Virus record (IMG/VR): IMGVR_UViG_3300031813_000004
Location: 86,157 to 150,156 of that record
DNA from: a virus
Lineage: Duplodnaviria > Caudoviricetes
Reading direction: 5' to 3' (one strand)
Length of the DNA stretch: 64,000 nucleotides
This document shows, piece by piece, positions 38,278 through 48,579 of this stretch. The notes under the pieces were generated by a model that saw only the letters and a program-made list of their open reading frames with translations, did not search any database and was not told where the DNA came from. Every line of letters starts with the position of its first letter. Within the stretch, counting starts at the first letter, position 1. The position numbers were made by a program, and so were the translations under genes.

Positions 38278-38765
38278 ATTTTTTTAAGAAAACTATAAAT
38301 TCAATTGAATCTTTATATTATAATATTAATAATGGTCTTAAAAATTTAATTGAATGGTTTCCTGTTGTATGGAAAGATCGAGATTGGGATTCATATTATA
38401 TTTATAAAGTTATGATATTTAAAATTAAAAAACAAATGAATTCAATGGATAAATATGGAATGCATTTATATAAAGATAGAGATTTAAAATATATGAGAAT
38501 ATGTATAGCTTTATTAGAAAGAATCGTAGCTGAAAATTATTTACATGAGAATTATTGGGCTAAGAAAATAGATGAAAGATTTGGAGAATTTAGAATAATT
38601 AAAGGAAGAGGTTTTTGTCATGAAAGATGCATAACCGATGAAGATAAAAAGTTAGAAAAATATTGGAGTACAAAATCATACAAATTAGCTGACTATTTAT
38701 TAAAACAAGATTTTGAATTATTTGGTAAAATCTTTGCAAGACAATCTAAAAATTGGTGGGACTAA
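38274..38765 (+). CDS. Conserved phage hypothetical protein
   Basis: WFPVVWKDRDWD...WWD. Confidence 0.65.
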   Translation: MNFFKKTINSIESLYYNINNGLKNLIEWFPVVWKDRDWDSYYIYKVMIFKIKKQMNSMDKYGMHLYKDRDLKYMRICIALLERIVAENYLHENYWAKKIDERFGEFRIIKGRGFCHERCITDEDKKLEKYWSTKSYKLADYLLKQDFELFGKIFARQSKNWWD

Positions 38766-38977
38766 TATGAAAAGAAGATTTGGAATTAAAAATGGATGTG
38801 TTATAGATTTACAAAAGAAAATATCATACCCAATTATTCATTATCATTTTTATTGTTACCCAGATTCAAGATTAGATTTAGGAATGTATTTTAATAGAAC
38901 ACCAAATTTTTACATTATAACAAAGAAACAAACATTTCTTAGAGAAGGTTTGTACATTTGGTAAAAAAGGAGACAAA

Positions 38978-39436
38978 ATGAAATTCAAAGAATTACTCTA
39001 TTCATTTACACTTGATGAAATTAAAAAAAGAGTTGTTGAATTATATCCTAAAGAATATAAAAATTTACATGGTTATGAACATGTTTATATGATTCTTAAA
39101 GATCTAATTCCTTTAGAAACTCAAACTAAAATTTATTTAGAAGAAGCTTTTGATACATATGATAAAACTTTAAAATATATTAGAGTTTTAGGAAAAGAAA
39201 GTCCAAGTGAAGAAGTTCCTGATGGGTTATGGGCTTTAGGATTTACTGAATGGAATGAATGGTTAGGAATGGAAATCGAAGGTACAACTCTTGGAATGTT
39301 CCCTAAATTAGATATAGTATGTCATTCTTTATGGGAAATGACATTTTATTCTTGGTCTGATAAAGGAATTGTAAATGAAAGAATTAAATTTCTTGAAAAT
39401 CATAATGAATTAAAAGGAGATGAAAATGAAATTTAA
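38978..39436 (+). CDS. DUF6557-like protein
   Basis: ALGF..WNEWLGM.I...CH.LWEMTFY. Confidence 0.6.
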   Translation: MKFKELLYSFTLDEIKKRVVELYPKEYKNLHGYEHVYMILKDLIPLETQTKIYLEEAFDTYDKTLKYIRVLGKESPSEEVPDGLWALGFTEWNEWLGMEIEGTTLGMFPKLDIVCHSLWEMTFYSWSDKGIVNERIKFLENHNELKGDENEI

Positions 39437-39842
39437 ATTAATGATTGGCTTATTATTAGTATCGAATATTGCATCAGCAGAACCTTTTTGTGGGTTTGAA
39501 ATAGTTAATGATAATTATTGTAATGGAATTTATAGACAAAAACAATGCCCACAAACTGAATTAATTAAATACTATAAAAATTTACAAGGTTGTGTTACAC
39601 AAGAAGAATTTAGATTTATTAGTAAACCAATTGAAGATTATAAACAAGGATCTAATTTAATAACTTCTGATGATTATCGAAAAGAAGCTAACAAAATAGA
39701 TGCTAAAGAACTAAATGATACTAAAATTAATAATATATTTCATAGATTTAACCAGGAAGGAGTTTGTGATCCAGAACAACAATATAAAGGAAATTTAATA
39801 TTTATTAATATTTCAACTTCTGGGTGGAGGGTAAAAAAATGA
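39420..39842 (+). CDS. Secreted hypothetical protein
   Basis: Signal peptide ending ASA. Confidence 0.55.
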   Translation: MKMKFKLMIGLLLVSNIASAEPFCGFEIVNDNYCNGIYRQKQCPQTELIKYYKNLQGCVTQEEFRFISKPIEDYKQGSNLITSDDYRKEANKIDAKELNDTKINNIFHRFNQEGVCDPEQQYKGNLIFINISTSGWRVKK

Positions 39843-41692
39843 CATTGCTGCCTGAGAAGTTAGAAATAATTAGAAAACATAATCAATTATATAGAGATGG
39901 TATTCCAGAAATATCAGATGAAGAATATGATAATATGTTATATGGTGTTGAAAAAGAAATGACTAAAGAATCATTTATACAATTTAAAAATAGTTTAGCT
40001 GAAAAACCTGGAGATGTTAAATTAAATTATATTGTAGGATCATTAGATAAATTAAAATATGAAGAACCAGATAAATTTTTTAAATGGTTAATAAGAGAAA
40101 AAATAAAAGAATTATTTATATCAGCTAAAATAGATGGTTGTTCTTTTGTAGCTTCTTATTTTAATCATTTATTAATATCATGTTCATCTAAAGGTGATGG
40201 AGATGAAGGAACTGATTGGTTAGATAAAGCAAGACATATATTACCAAATAGAATCGTTTATGAAGGGCCATTGGATATTAGAGGAGAATTTACTTTAACA
40301 GAAGATTCTCATGAAGAATTAGGATTTAAAAATAGAAGAAATGGAACTGTAGGTATAATGAATCGAGATACAATAGATGATAGTATTAACCATGTTAAAG
40401 CTTATACATATCAAGTATTGAATTATAATTGGAATATTTATGATCAATTTAATTTTTTAAAAAAATATTTTCAAGTTGCTGCTTGGTTTAATCCTATGGT
40501 AAAAGCTACAGATAAATCTCTAGTTGAAATTTTAAAAAATATCTATATTGACATGAAAGTGAATTTACCATATGATATAGATGGTTTAGTTATGTCAGCC
40601 CCAGATTGGAAAAATGAAAACGATCAATTTTGTCCTAAAGGTAAAATATCTTTTAAAGTTAATTCAGAAGGGTATGAATCAATAGTTTTACAAATGGAAG
40701 ATAATGTTGGAAAACAAAGAAACATAACTCCAGTAGCTATAATACAACCTATAGAAATAGATGGGTCAACTGTATCAAGAGTTTCATGTTATAATTATAA
40801 AGAAGTTGTTACAAGAGGTATAGGTATAGGTGCTAAAGTTTTAGTTATAAAAAGTGGTGCAATCATACCAAAAATAATTAAAGTCGTAGAACGAGTTAAT
40901 GCAATTACTCCAACTGTATGCCCAGAATGTGGGTCTAGAATTGAATGGGATGAAAATCAAGTTCAATTAATGTGTATTAATGAACTATGTGGAGAATTAA
41001 AAAGAGTTACTTATTTTATTAAAACAATTGGAATTGAATTTGTTTCTGACAAACGTCTTAAAGAATGGGGTATTAATACCTTTGATAATTTACTTAAGTT
41101 TTATCCTGACTCTAAATACAAAAGTCAAATCGACTTTTACAATAGCTTATTAGATAAAGTTTTTAGAAATAATAAAATAAATATAATTAGAAGTTTTTCT
41201 TGTAAAAATTTAGGTACTACAAATTTTGATAAATTATTAGAATATCATAATGGAGATTTACCAAGTGTAATGGCTATGTTTCATTCATTATATTATAGTC
41301 CAGTTAATTTTGATGAAAGAAAATTACCTCAAGGTATAGGAATATTAACACTTCTAAATGCAACAAATGATTGGTTTAATAATATGGAAATCTTTAGAAT
41401 GATAATGGAAGATGAAAGATATAGAGAACCAAAACAAGAAATTAAAATAGTTAAAGAATTATCTTCTAATAAATTAAAAGGAACCTTTTTATTAACTGGA
41501 ACTTTATCACAATCAAGAAAATACTTTGAAGAATTAATTAAAGATAACGGAGGTGAAATTATAAGTTCAGTTTCTAAAAATTTAAATTATTTATTAGTAG
41601 GAATTGATGCAGGTAGTAAATTAGATAAAGCTAAAAAGATATCATCTATTAAAATAATTAATGAAAAACAGTTTATGGATATGATAAATTAA
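39839..41692 (+). CDS. ligA: NAD-dependent DNA ligase
   Basis: Y..G.PEISDEEYD, SLDK, KIDG, RGE, DGLV, TPVA, IIPKI, CPECGS Zn finger, C-terminal BRCT (TGTL...GSKL.KA). Confidence 0.95.
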   Translation: MTLLPEKLEIIRKHNQLYRDGIPEISDEEYDNMLYGVEKEMTKESFIQFKNSLAEKPGDVKLNYIVGSLDKLKYEEPDKFFKWLIREKIKELFISAKIDGCSFVASYFNHLLISCSSKGDGDEGTDWLDKARHILPNRIVYEGPLDIRGEFTLTEDSHEELGFKNRRNGTVGIMNRDTIDDSINHVKAYTYQVLNYNWNIYDQFNFLKKYFQVAAWFNPMVKATDKSLVEILKNIYIDMKVNLPYDIDGLVMSAPDWKNENDQFCPKGKISFKVNSEGYESIVLQMEDNVGKQRNITPVAIIQPIEIDGSTVSRVSCYNYKEVVTRGIGIGAKVLVIKSGAIIPKIIKVVERVNAITPTVCPECGSRIEWDENQVQLMCINELCGELKRVTYFIKTIGIEFVSDKRLKEWGINTFDNLLKFYPDSKYKSQIDFYNSLLDKVFRNNKINIIRSFSCKNLGTTNFDKLLEYHNGDLPSVMAMFHSLYYSPVNFDERKLPQGIGILTLLNATNDWFNNMEIFRMIMEDERYREPKQEIKIVKELSSNKLKGTFLLTGTLSQSRKYFEELIKDNGGEIISSVSKNLNYLLVGIDAGSKLDKAKKISSIKIINEKQFMDMIN

Positions 41693-41730
41693 CTATGGTT
41701 TAGTGTTTTGTATTTACTATGGTTTAGTGT
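41692..41730 (+). promoter_or_regulatory. 15-bp direct repeat overlapping a sigma70-like promoter
   Basis: ACTATGGTTTAGTGT at 41692 and 41716; TTGTAT-18-GATAAT overlaps it. Confidence 0.55.
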
Positions 41731-41766
41731 AGATAATATTTATTAACTATATTTTTGAGGTGCACT

Positions 41767-41982
41767 ATGCCTAGAGATTATGATACTCCGTTTGGGGGTA
41801 TGTCACTTGCTAAAGTGGCTCAAGAAATGGGAATTAAGAAGTCTATGGTAAGACGTCTTGAAGCTAGTGCACTATCAAAAGTTAAAAGACAAATTGAAAG
41901 ACATTACCCTGATCTTAAATTTTTATTAGAAGATAATAATAAGAAAAGTAATTATGATGATAATATCTATTTTGGGGAATAA
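41767..41982 (+). CDS. Stand-alone sigma-70 region-4 HTH protein
   Basis: MSLAKVAQEMGI....VRRLE..AL.K. Confidence 0.75.
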   Translation: MPRDYDTPFGGMSLAKVAQEMGIKKSMVRRLEASALSKVKRQIERHYPDLKFLLEDNNKKSNYDDNIYFGE

Positions 41983-41996
41983 AGGAGAATTTTAAA

Positions 41997-42344
41997 ATGG
42001 AATGGAAAAGAGTTATAGATGAGTTACCTATTATTCCTGAAGGTCACCATAATGTTTCTGTTATAGTTGCATTATTTGATGCATGTTTTGATGAAATAAA
42101 TCCTGGAAATGGATATGGTATTTCACATGGTATTTATAGCAAAGAATTCTTTTCTAAAGAAAATAATTTCCTTCAATTATGCCCAGGTATGTATAAAGAA
42201 ACAGATTGGGTTCATTTTGATGATCATGTTACACATTGGATGTATAATCCAGAACCACCATCTTATGACCCAGAAGTATTAAATCCAATATTCAAATGGT
42301 ATCATGAAAATGCAGTTCCCCAATCGCCTTTAAAGGAGATATAA
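41997..42344 (+). CDS. DUF551-like protein
   Basis: MEW..V.DELP...VTHWM..PEPP. Confidence 0.7.
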   Translation: MEWKRVIDELPIIPEGHHNVSVIVALFDACFDEINPGNGYGISHGIYSKEFFSKENNFLQLCPGMYKETDWVHFDDHVTHWMYNPEPPSYDPEVLNPIFKWYHENAVPQSPLKEI

Positions 42345-42345
42345 T

Positions 42346-42459
42346 ATGTTTATTTGTATATTGGCATTCCTTCATGCAAAATATGGATTTCAACCTAAAA
42401 TTTTATATTTATTAGCATTTATTTTAGATATATTCTTAATTTCAAAAATAAAATTTTAA
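42346..42459 (+). CDS. Mini membrane protein (paralog of 45885..46019)
   Basis: Manual translation MFICILAFLHAKYGFQPKILYLLAFILDIFLISKIKF. Confidence 0.55.
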   Translation: MFICILAFLHAKYGFQPKILYLLAFILDIFLISKIKF

Positions 42460-42471
42460 AAGGATTTTTAA

Positions 42472-42640
42472 ATGAAAAATAGTTGGTGAAGGATTAGATC
42501 GAACATTAATAAATATTAGTAATATTTTAACAATAGAACCTGATATTAATAATAAAAGTTTTATCAAATTCATAGGTGGATATAATAAAGGAATTAATAT
42601 TCCATTTGATGACATAATAAATGAGATAAATAAGGAGTAA
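42472..42640 (+). pseudogene. Small ORF with +1 frameshift in A-run after ATG
   Basis: ATG AAA (A) ATA GTT GGT...; removing one A gives MKIVGEGLDRTLINISNILTIEP...EINKE. Confidence 0.45.
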
Positions 42641-42644
42641 TAAT

Positions 42645-42983
42645 ATGGAAAATTTATTAGATGTTGTGAGAGATATTAACTATTATTTAGAAGATACAAT
42701 TCCTGAATTGTATAATGAATATGGAATAACATGCCAATATAGAAGTAATGGTGAATATGGAATTATTGAATTTCTTGATTCTGTTATATGGGATGAAGAT
42801 AACTGCTGTGATAGAGAACAAGATGCATTAGATAAATTTACAGAAACAATAGAGGAATATGTTAAACGTAAAATAAATTTATTAATTAAAGGATTACAAA
42901 ATATACATTTTAAAGAACCATGGGAAATTGAAAACCCTGTTAAATATATTCCAGGTGATATTAATAATCCTATTCATGTATAA
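42645..42983 (+). CDS. Acidic hypothetical protein
   Basis: RBS AAGGAG. Confidence 0.6.
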   Translation: MENLLDVVRDINYYLEDTIPELYNEYGITCQYRSNGEYGIIEFLDSVIWDEDNCCDREQDALDKFTETIEEYVKRKINLLIKGLQNIHFKEPWEIENPVKYIPGDINNPIHV

Positions 42984-42993
42984 TGGAGATTGA

Positions 42994-44298
42994 ATGTTAG
43001 AATATAATGGAAAATATACAACTGCTAATGTTATGATAGATGATATAGATGAAGCCACAGCAGGTCAAATCATACAAATGATTAATCATCCTGCATTTAC
43101 TAATCCTGTAAGAATCATGCCAGATTGTCATCTCGGGAAAGGATCTGTTATAGGTTTTTCAATGGAATTAAGCGATAAGGTAATTCCTAATGTTGTTGGT
43201 GTAGATATATTTTGTTTAATGACAATGTATAATATTGGAAAAATTGAACATTCACTTGAAGAAATTAATCATAAAATTCGTAAGATAATTCCTTTAGGTA
43301 CTGCTATTCATGATAGACCAGTACTTAAAATTGATAAAGATTTTGACTGGAAAGGTTTGAATTCTGCCATAGAAAGTATGACTATAAAATTTAATAATAA
43401 ATATAATACTAACTTTAGAACTAAAGTTGATTATCGTTGGTTTGTTGATATGTGTAATAGAATTGGTGCAGATATAGGTAGAGTTATAAAGAGCATAGGA
43501 ACAGTTGGTTCAGGAAATCATTTTGGAGAACTTGGAATAGATGAAAAAAGTAACCCATGGTTTACTCAACATTTTGGTAGTAGAAACTTCGGAAAATGTA
43601 TATGTGAATATTGGCAGAAACTTGCAATTAAACTTCATAAAAATTATAGCAATGAATTAGAATTTGCAGAGATTAAATCTAAATATCCTCAAACTGAATG
43701 GAGTAAAAGATTTCAAGATGTTAAGAGAAACAATTATGTTCCAACAGGTATGGAATATTTAGAAGGAGAAAATGCATATGGTTATCTAGTAGATATGACT
43801 GTTGCTAGTATGTATGCAAAAACAAACCATCAATATGTTATACAAAATATATGCAAAGAATTAAAATGGGAAGTTAATGATTTTATTGAATCATCCCATA
43901 ATTATATTAACATGGAAGACTTCATTATAAGAAAGGGAGCAATATCATCATATGAAGGTGAACGTATGATTATACCTTTTAACATGGTTGATGGTATTTT
44001 AATATGTGAAGGTAAAAGTAATGCTGATTGGAATTATAGTTCACCTCATGGAGCAGGTAGATTGTTTAGTAGATCACAAGCTAAAAAACAAATTACACAA
44101 GAAATGGCAGATGAATCAATGACTGGAATTTATACAACTGCAATTCCTATTGACGAATCAATATATGCTTATAAGTCTTCATCATTAATAGAAAGTCTAT
44201 TAAGTCCTACTGCAACAATTATTCACAGAGTTAAACCTATTTTAAATATTAAAGATGGAGATACATTTAAGGAATCATATAGAAAGAAAAAGGAGTAG
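42994..44298 (+). CDS. rtcB: RtcB RNA ligase
   Basis: MPDCH.GKG..IG, VGVDI.C, GT.GSGNHF, H.GSR..G, HNYI, RKGA, SSPHGAGR, DES..AYK. Confidence 0.95.
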   Translation: MLEYNGKYTTANVMIDDIDEATAGQIIQMINHPAFTNPVRIMPDCHLGKGSVIGFSMELSDKVIPNVVGVDIFCLMTMYNIGKIEHSLEEINHKIRKIIPLGTAIHDRPVLKIDKDFDWKGLNSAIESMTIKFNNKYNTNFRTKVDYRWFVDMCNRIGADIGRVIKSIGTVGSGNHFGELGIDEKSNPWFTQHFGSRNFGKCICEYWQKLAIKLHKNYSNELEFAEIKSKYPQTEWSKRFQDVKRNNYVPTGMEYLEGENAYGYLVDMTVASMYAKTNHQYVIQNICKELKWEVNDFIESSHNYINMEDFIIRKGAISSYEGERMIIPFNMVDGILICEGKSNADWNYSSPHGAGRLFSRSQAKKQITQEMADESMTGIYTTAIPIDESIYAYKSSSLIESLLSPTATIIHRVKPILNIKDGDTFKESYRKKKE

Positions 44299-44300
44299 TT

Positions 44301-44603
44301 ATGGATGCTTTACAATATGATAAAGTAATTGAAAAACTAGAAGAAGAAATAGATAAATTAAAAATTGAATTAGAAACATTAAAGAAAACTACAGTTCAAA
44401 TGTTATCAGAACAAGATTATGAATATAATCAAAAGACTAATAATATGATTGAAAGGCATGCAATAAAAATTTTAAAATCTTATAATAATGGTTTGGAAAC
44501 TGCAGCTAGAATAGTAGAAAGTTGCGGATGGAGTGGTGTAGCAAGTCCAGCTACAAGAATTAGAGAAAGGTTTCTTTCAATGGAAGGAGATGAAAATGTC
44601 TAA
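44301..44603 (+). CDS. Coiled-coil hypothetical protein
   Basis: ORF with RBS. Confidence 0.6.
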   Translation: MDALQYDKVIEKLEEEIDKLKIELETLKKTTVQMLSEQDYEYNQKTNNMIERHAIKILKSYNNGLETAARIVESCGWSGVASPATRIRERFLSMEGDENV

Positions 44604-44952
44604 TTTAGAAATATGTCATCATGGTGAATTTGGATCAATATGCGAAAAATGTCAAAATGCAGAATTACAAAATAAATTAAATGATCCATTAACCGGATTA
44701 GTTGCAATTAAAAGAAATGCTGAACAATCATCATTAAATATTAAATGGTTAATGGATAAAACTGATAAAGTATGTTATACATTAGATCCAGATTTTATAG
44801 GCACATGGCAAGAAAGAGCTAAAAATGCTGTAGCATATGCATTAAAATATAGAGAAGCATTAGAAAAAATATTTCAAATATTACCAATGGGTTATACCAC
44901 AAGAGAACGTGAATGTTTTGAAATAGTTAAAGAAATTTTGAAGGAGAAATAA
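44590..44952 (+). CDS. Hypothetical protein
   Basis: C.HG.....C..C N-terminus. Confidence 0.55.
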   Translation: MKMSNLEICHHGEFGSICEKCQNAELQNKLNDPLTGLVAIKRNAEQSSLNIKWLMDKTDKVCYTLDPDFIGTWQERAKNAVAYALKYREALEKIFQILPMGYTTRERECFEIVKEILKEK

Positions 44953-44953
44953 T

Positions 44954-45643
44954 ATGGCTAAATGTGCAGAATGTAATAATTATAATAAAGATTTTAAAGG
45001 GAATTGTTCTTCATGTTTTAGTTATGATAAATTTGAATGGAAAAGACCAACTTTAGAAATAGATAACACAATAGAATTAGAAAAGAAAGATGAAGAGATA
45101 TCAGAGTTAAAAGCAGATATAACAAGGTTTAAAATACATTTAGAATGTGCTGAAAGAGCAGCTAAATCTAATGGTGATGCTTTTAAAATATTAGAAACAA
45201 TAGTAAAGAATCAAAAAGAAAGAATTAACTATTTAGAAGGCGCAACACATCATGCAGGAGGAACTCCATTAAGCATAGCATTAGAAGAAATTAAAAAATG
45301 TAAAGATCTAATACATAATAGTCACGAATATATAAGAGATGCTTTAGGACTATTTACAGATGATCCTGATAGATTTGATTATTATGCTCAGTTAATTACA
45401 AAACTTAAAGATGAAAATAAAAGATTAGAACATGAATTGCAATCAGAGAATAATTGTAAAGATTGTACTGTTGCAAAAGAATCATATCAAGAAGGTATGA
45501 AAAAAATGAGGGAATTAGCAGCTATCAGAGTAGATGCTTTTAGACCTAATAATTTACAAGGAAATAATGATTTAAAATTTGAATTTGAAAAACATAAATT
45601 AGCAAAAAGAATTAGAAATATACCTTTAGAAAATAAGGAGTAA
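44954..45643 (+). CDS. Coiled-coil protein with N-terminal Cys motif
   Basis: ORF with RBS. Confidence 0.6.
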   Translation: MAKCAECNNYNKDFKGNCSSCFSYDKFEWKRPTLEIDNTIELEKKDEEISELKADITRFKIHLECAERAAKSNGDAFKILETIVKNQKERINYLEGATHHAGGTPLSIALEEIKKCKDLIHNSHEYIRDALGLFTDDPDRFDYYAQLITKLKDENKRLEHELQSENNCKDCTVAKESYQEGMKKMRELAAIRVDAFRPNNLQGNNDLKFEFEKHKLAKRIRNIPLENKE

Positions 45644-45644
45644 T

Positions 45645-45881
45645 ATGGATAATGAATGGAGAAAATCAAAAACAGATCCACCACCTGAAAATATATTAGT
45701 AGAAATAAAAGGAGATGATAGATATGGCGATTGGGTAATGAAAGCCAAAAGAATTGATTATAAAGGAACACCTCTTAAAAGGTTTAGAATGGGTAATATT
45801 CATTGGAGATGGGTAGGTGAAGATAATCATTCTTTATGTTTTAAAGACCAAGCTCCAGTATGGAGATATATAAAGGAGTAA
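45645..45881 (+). CDS. DUF551-like protein
   Basis: EW.....PPP....VE...WRY. Confidence 0.5.
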   Translation: MDNEWRKSKTDPPPENILVEIKGDDRYGDWVMKAKRIDYKGTPLKRFRMGNIHWRWVGEDNHSLCFKDQAPVWRYIKE

Positions 45882-45884
45882 ATA

Positions 45885-46019
45885 ATGTTTACAGTTATAT
45901 TAGCATTTTTAGAAGTTAAATATAATCATCTATTTCCACATGGTTTATATTTTGCAACATTTATAATTGACTGTATTTTGGTTGCGAGTTTATCAGATAT
46001 ATTCAAATGGAGAAAATAA
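45885..46019 (+). CDS. Mini membrane protein
   Basis: Manual translation MFTVILAFLEVKYNHLFPHGLYFATFIIDCILV... Confidence 0.55.
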   Translation: MFTVILAFLEVKYNHLFPHGLYFATFIIDCILVASLSDIFKWRK

Positions 46020-46022
46020 AAA

Positions 46023-46334
46023 ATGAAAAAAACATTACAAAACTTTGCTGATAATATATCAATAGAAGAAATGATTAAACAAGTATTTTTAACTGGTTTA
46101 AAAGATGTTTTTATAATTGCAATTTATAATGGAGTTCATTATAAATTAATAGCTCAAGACGGAAGAACTAGATATTCATGGGTAAATATATCTAGAGGAT
46201 TACATGCAGATTTAAATGTTTGTATATATATAAACATTGAAGACCCAATTAAGAAATTATTTCATATGGGAGCTAATTTATATCTATTCAAAGACTTCAA
46301 TGAATATTTAGAAAATGTTAAAACTATAGCTTAA
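46023..46334 (+). CDS. Paralog family MKK...YxFxxFxE member 1
   Basis: YKL...YSWVNIS...GANLYLFKDFNEY. Confidence 0.7.
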   Translation: MKKTLQNFADNISIEEMIKQVFLTGLKDVFIIAIYNGVHYKLIAQDGRTRYSWVNISRGLHADLNVCIYINIEDPIKKLFHMGANLYLFKDFNEYLENVKTIA

Positions 46335-46473
46335 AAATTATAAAGGAATTTAATTATGTTATCTAAAGATGATAAAAATGAATTAATAAGAAAATATATC
46401 AAAAAAGAAATAAGTTATGATCAAATCATTCAAACATTATTAGTAGATAAACTACCAGAAAAGGAGATTGAAA

Positions 46474-46782
46474 ATGAAAAAGACATTACAGGAAAATAAC
46501 GATGAATTAACCACATTAGGAGATATGATAAATAAATGTAATAAAACTCCAATGGGATCTTTATATTTAATTTCTGTATATAAAAATCAACATTATATAT
46601 TACATAGACATAATAAAAATTTTGAATTTATCAGTATTAGTTCTGGAATCATTAATACTCAACCTAGTATCGAATTTGATTCAATAGATAAGGCATTAAG
46701 AACATTTTACACTGATGGTGCTAACTTTTATTTCTTTGAAACCTTTGACGAATACTGTGAAAAAAGAAAGGAGTTAAAATGA
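46474..46782 (+). CDS. Paralog family member 2
   Basis: MKKTLQE...GANFYFFETFDEY. Confidence 0.7.
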   Translation: MKKTLQENNDELTTLGDMINKCNKTPMGSLYLISVYKNQHYILHRHNKNFEFISISSGIINTQPSIEFDSIDKALRTFYTDGANFYFFETFDEYCEKRKELK

Positions 46783-47105
46783 AAAAAGTTATTTTAAATG
46801 ACAATATTGTTGAAGTTACATCAGTTAAAGATATAGTTAATCTTATCACAAATACTTTAGTTGATGGGATAATTATAACAAAAGTTGATGGTGTTTTTTA
46901 CAAATTAATAAATATAACGCAAAAATGTAATGAATTGGCAACTTTAAATTTACCTTACACATGGGTTAATTTAAATACAACTAAAATAACCCAAATATGT
47001 TTTAGTACACCAACAGAAGCAATAAAACATAAATTAGCTGGTTCACACCCAGTATATTATTTCAATAATTTTAATGAATTCTGTGAAAAGAGGTTAACAA
47101 TATGA
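46779..47105 (+). CDS. Paralog family member 3
   Basis: FYKL...YTWVNLN...VYYFNNFNEF. Confidence 0.7.
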   Translation: MKKVILNDNIVEVTSVKDIVNLITNTLVDGIIITKVDGVFYKLINITQKCNELATLNLPYTWVNLNTTKITQICFSTPTEAIKHKLAGSHPVYYFNNFNEFCEKRLTI

Positions 47106-47428
47106 AAAAGATAATTGTAAATAGAAATACTGATGAATTAACTATTAAAGAATTAATTAGTAAGATAGACTCTCATAATGATTTTAGTAGTTCTATTATT
47201 ATAGCTTTATCTGGATATTGTTTTTATAAATTAGCAGTACATCATAAAATGCCTCATGGTTCTAGCTTTAAATATATGTGGGTTACTTTAAATTCAATTT
47301 TATATATATTCAATGAAACATTTGAATCTATACCCGGAGCTATATCTTATATGATAGAAAAACAAAAAGCAGAAGTATTCTTATTTGAAAGTTTTGATGA
47401 ATTCATTAAGGAGAAAGATAATATATGA
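47102..47428 (+). CDS. Paralog family member 4
   Basis: FYKL...YMWVTLN...VFLFESFDEF. Confidence 0.7.
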   Translation: MKKIIVNRNTDELTIKELISKIDSHNDFSSSIIIALSGYCFYKLAVHHKMPHGSSFKYMWVTLNSILYIFNETFESIPGAISYMIEKQKAEVFLFESFDEFIKEKDNI

Positions 47429-47898
47429 GTGAATATAAACAATCATTAGCCTATAAAGAAGGTAAAGTTATAGGTGAAGAATTAAAAATAAATCACCATA
47501 CATTAATACCTAATTGTACATATATAACATTAGAAAAAAAGAAAGATTGGTTACAAGGTATTATAAATGGTATTGGAGAAATTAAAGTTGATAATAAATT
47601 AGATGAAGTTAAGATCCCAGAGGATGAAGTTAAAGAAAAGATACAAAGAATTTATATCTTAAATGATATAACAATATATGATGTTAATAAACATATCATT
47701 AAACAAAAAATAAGTGTTAAAGAATTAAAAGAATTAATAAAAATACATGGGTTATATGATATTGTACCAGTTCATATAGCATATACAGATAAGAAACATA
47801 TAGACATATATAATCAAATAAGTGATATAAAAGTTGAAGGATTTGAATTTACAGTTGAAGGAGAATTTGTAAGATTATCTACAGTGAAAGGATTATAA
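47425..47898 (+). CDS. Hypothetical protein
   Basis: Coupled ORF. Confidence 0.55.
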   Translation: MSEYKQSLAYKEGKVIGEELKINHHTLIPNCTYITLEKKKDWLQGIINGIGEIKVDNKLDEVKIPEDEVKEKIQRIYILNDITIYDVNKHIIKQKISVKELKELIKIHGLYDIVPVHIAYTDKKHIDIYNQISDIKVEGFEFTVEGEFVRLSTVKGL

Positions 47899-47899
47899 T

Positions 47900-48124
47900 A
47901 TGAAAGATGTGATAATAGTATTTTATGGGTTATTAATAATATTATTCACTTCAATTAATGCTTGTACTGTATTTGAATATAAAAGAGCCACATATGTTAA
48001 TTTGATATCTTCAATTATATTCTTACCAGGGACATTAATTTTCTTATTTTTATATGGGTTATATAAGTTATATGTTTTAATTAAGAATAGATATAATCTT
48101 GATAAAATTATATGGAGGTGGTGA
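47900..48124 (+). CDS. Small membrane protein
   Basis: Two hydrophobic helices. Confidence 0.55.
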   Translation: MKDVIIVFYGLLIILFTSINACTVFEYKRATYVNLISSIIFLPGTLIFLFLYGLYKLYVLIKNRYNLDKIIWRW

Positions 48125-48301
48125 AATATTTATGAATACTCAAATGAAGTTATTTATCTTAGCTGTCTTGTTAATAATATTAGCATTAGTTCTTTCACTA
48201 AGTTTACCCAATACATTAATTCAAATAATACCTGTTATAATAATCTTACCAGTTTTATATATACAATATTTATTAGTGACAGGTAAATAAAAGGATTAAA
48301 T

Positions 48302-48481
48302 ATGATATGGTTATTAGTAGTTATAACATATTCTGGGTCATTAATATCACAACCTTTTGTAACTAAATCTGAATGCGAATAAGTTAGATCATGGATAGCC
48401 GTAAATGGAGGGAATAATAATACTGCATCAACTAAATCAAATCTTTGTATAGAGATTAAAAATCCATATGTTAAACATTGA
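48302..48481 (+). pseudogene. Small protein interrupted by in-frame TAA (48380-48382)
   Basis: MIWLLVVITYSG...FVTKSECE*VRSWI...NLCIEIK; fills the gap up to the terminator. Confidence 0.55.
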
Positions 48482-48490
48482 GTTTTATAC

Positions 48491-48528
48491 AAAAGACTAC
48501 TAGTTCTATTCTAGTAGTCTTTTTTTTG
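48491..48528. terminator. Bidirectional intrinsic terminator
   Basis: AAAAGACTACTAG / CTAGTAGTCTTTT plus T run. Confidence 0.85.
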
Positions 48529-48540
48529 TCAACTTTATAT

Positions 48541-48571
48541 AAATCTATACGAAAACCTATAGGGATATCAT
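48541..48571 (+). repeat. Dispersed element copy A
   Basis: AAATCTATACG AAAAC CTATAGGG ATAT. Confidence 0.8.
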
Positions 48572-48579
48572 GATTATAT

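Noticed and set aside
39839-44298. Inteins or introns in ligase or RtcB
   Set aside because: Lengths and motif order are normal; no insertion evident
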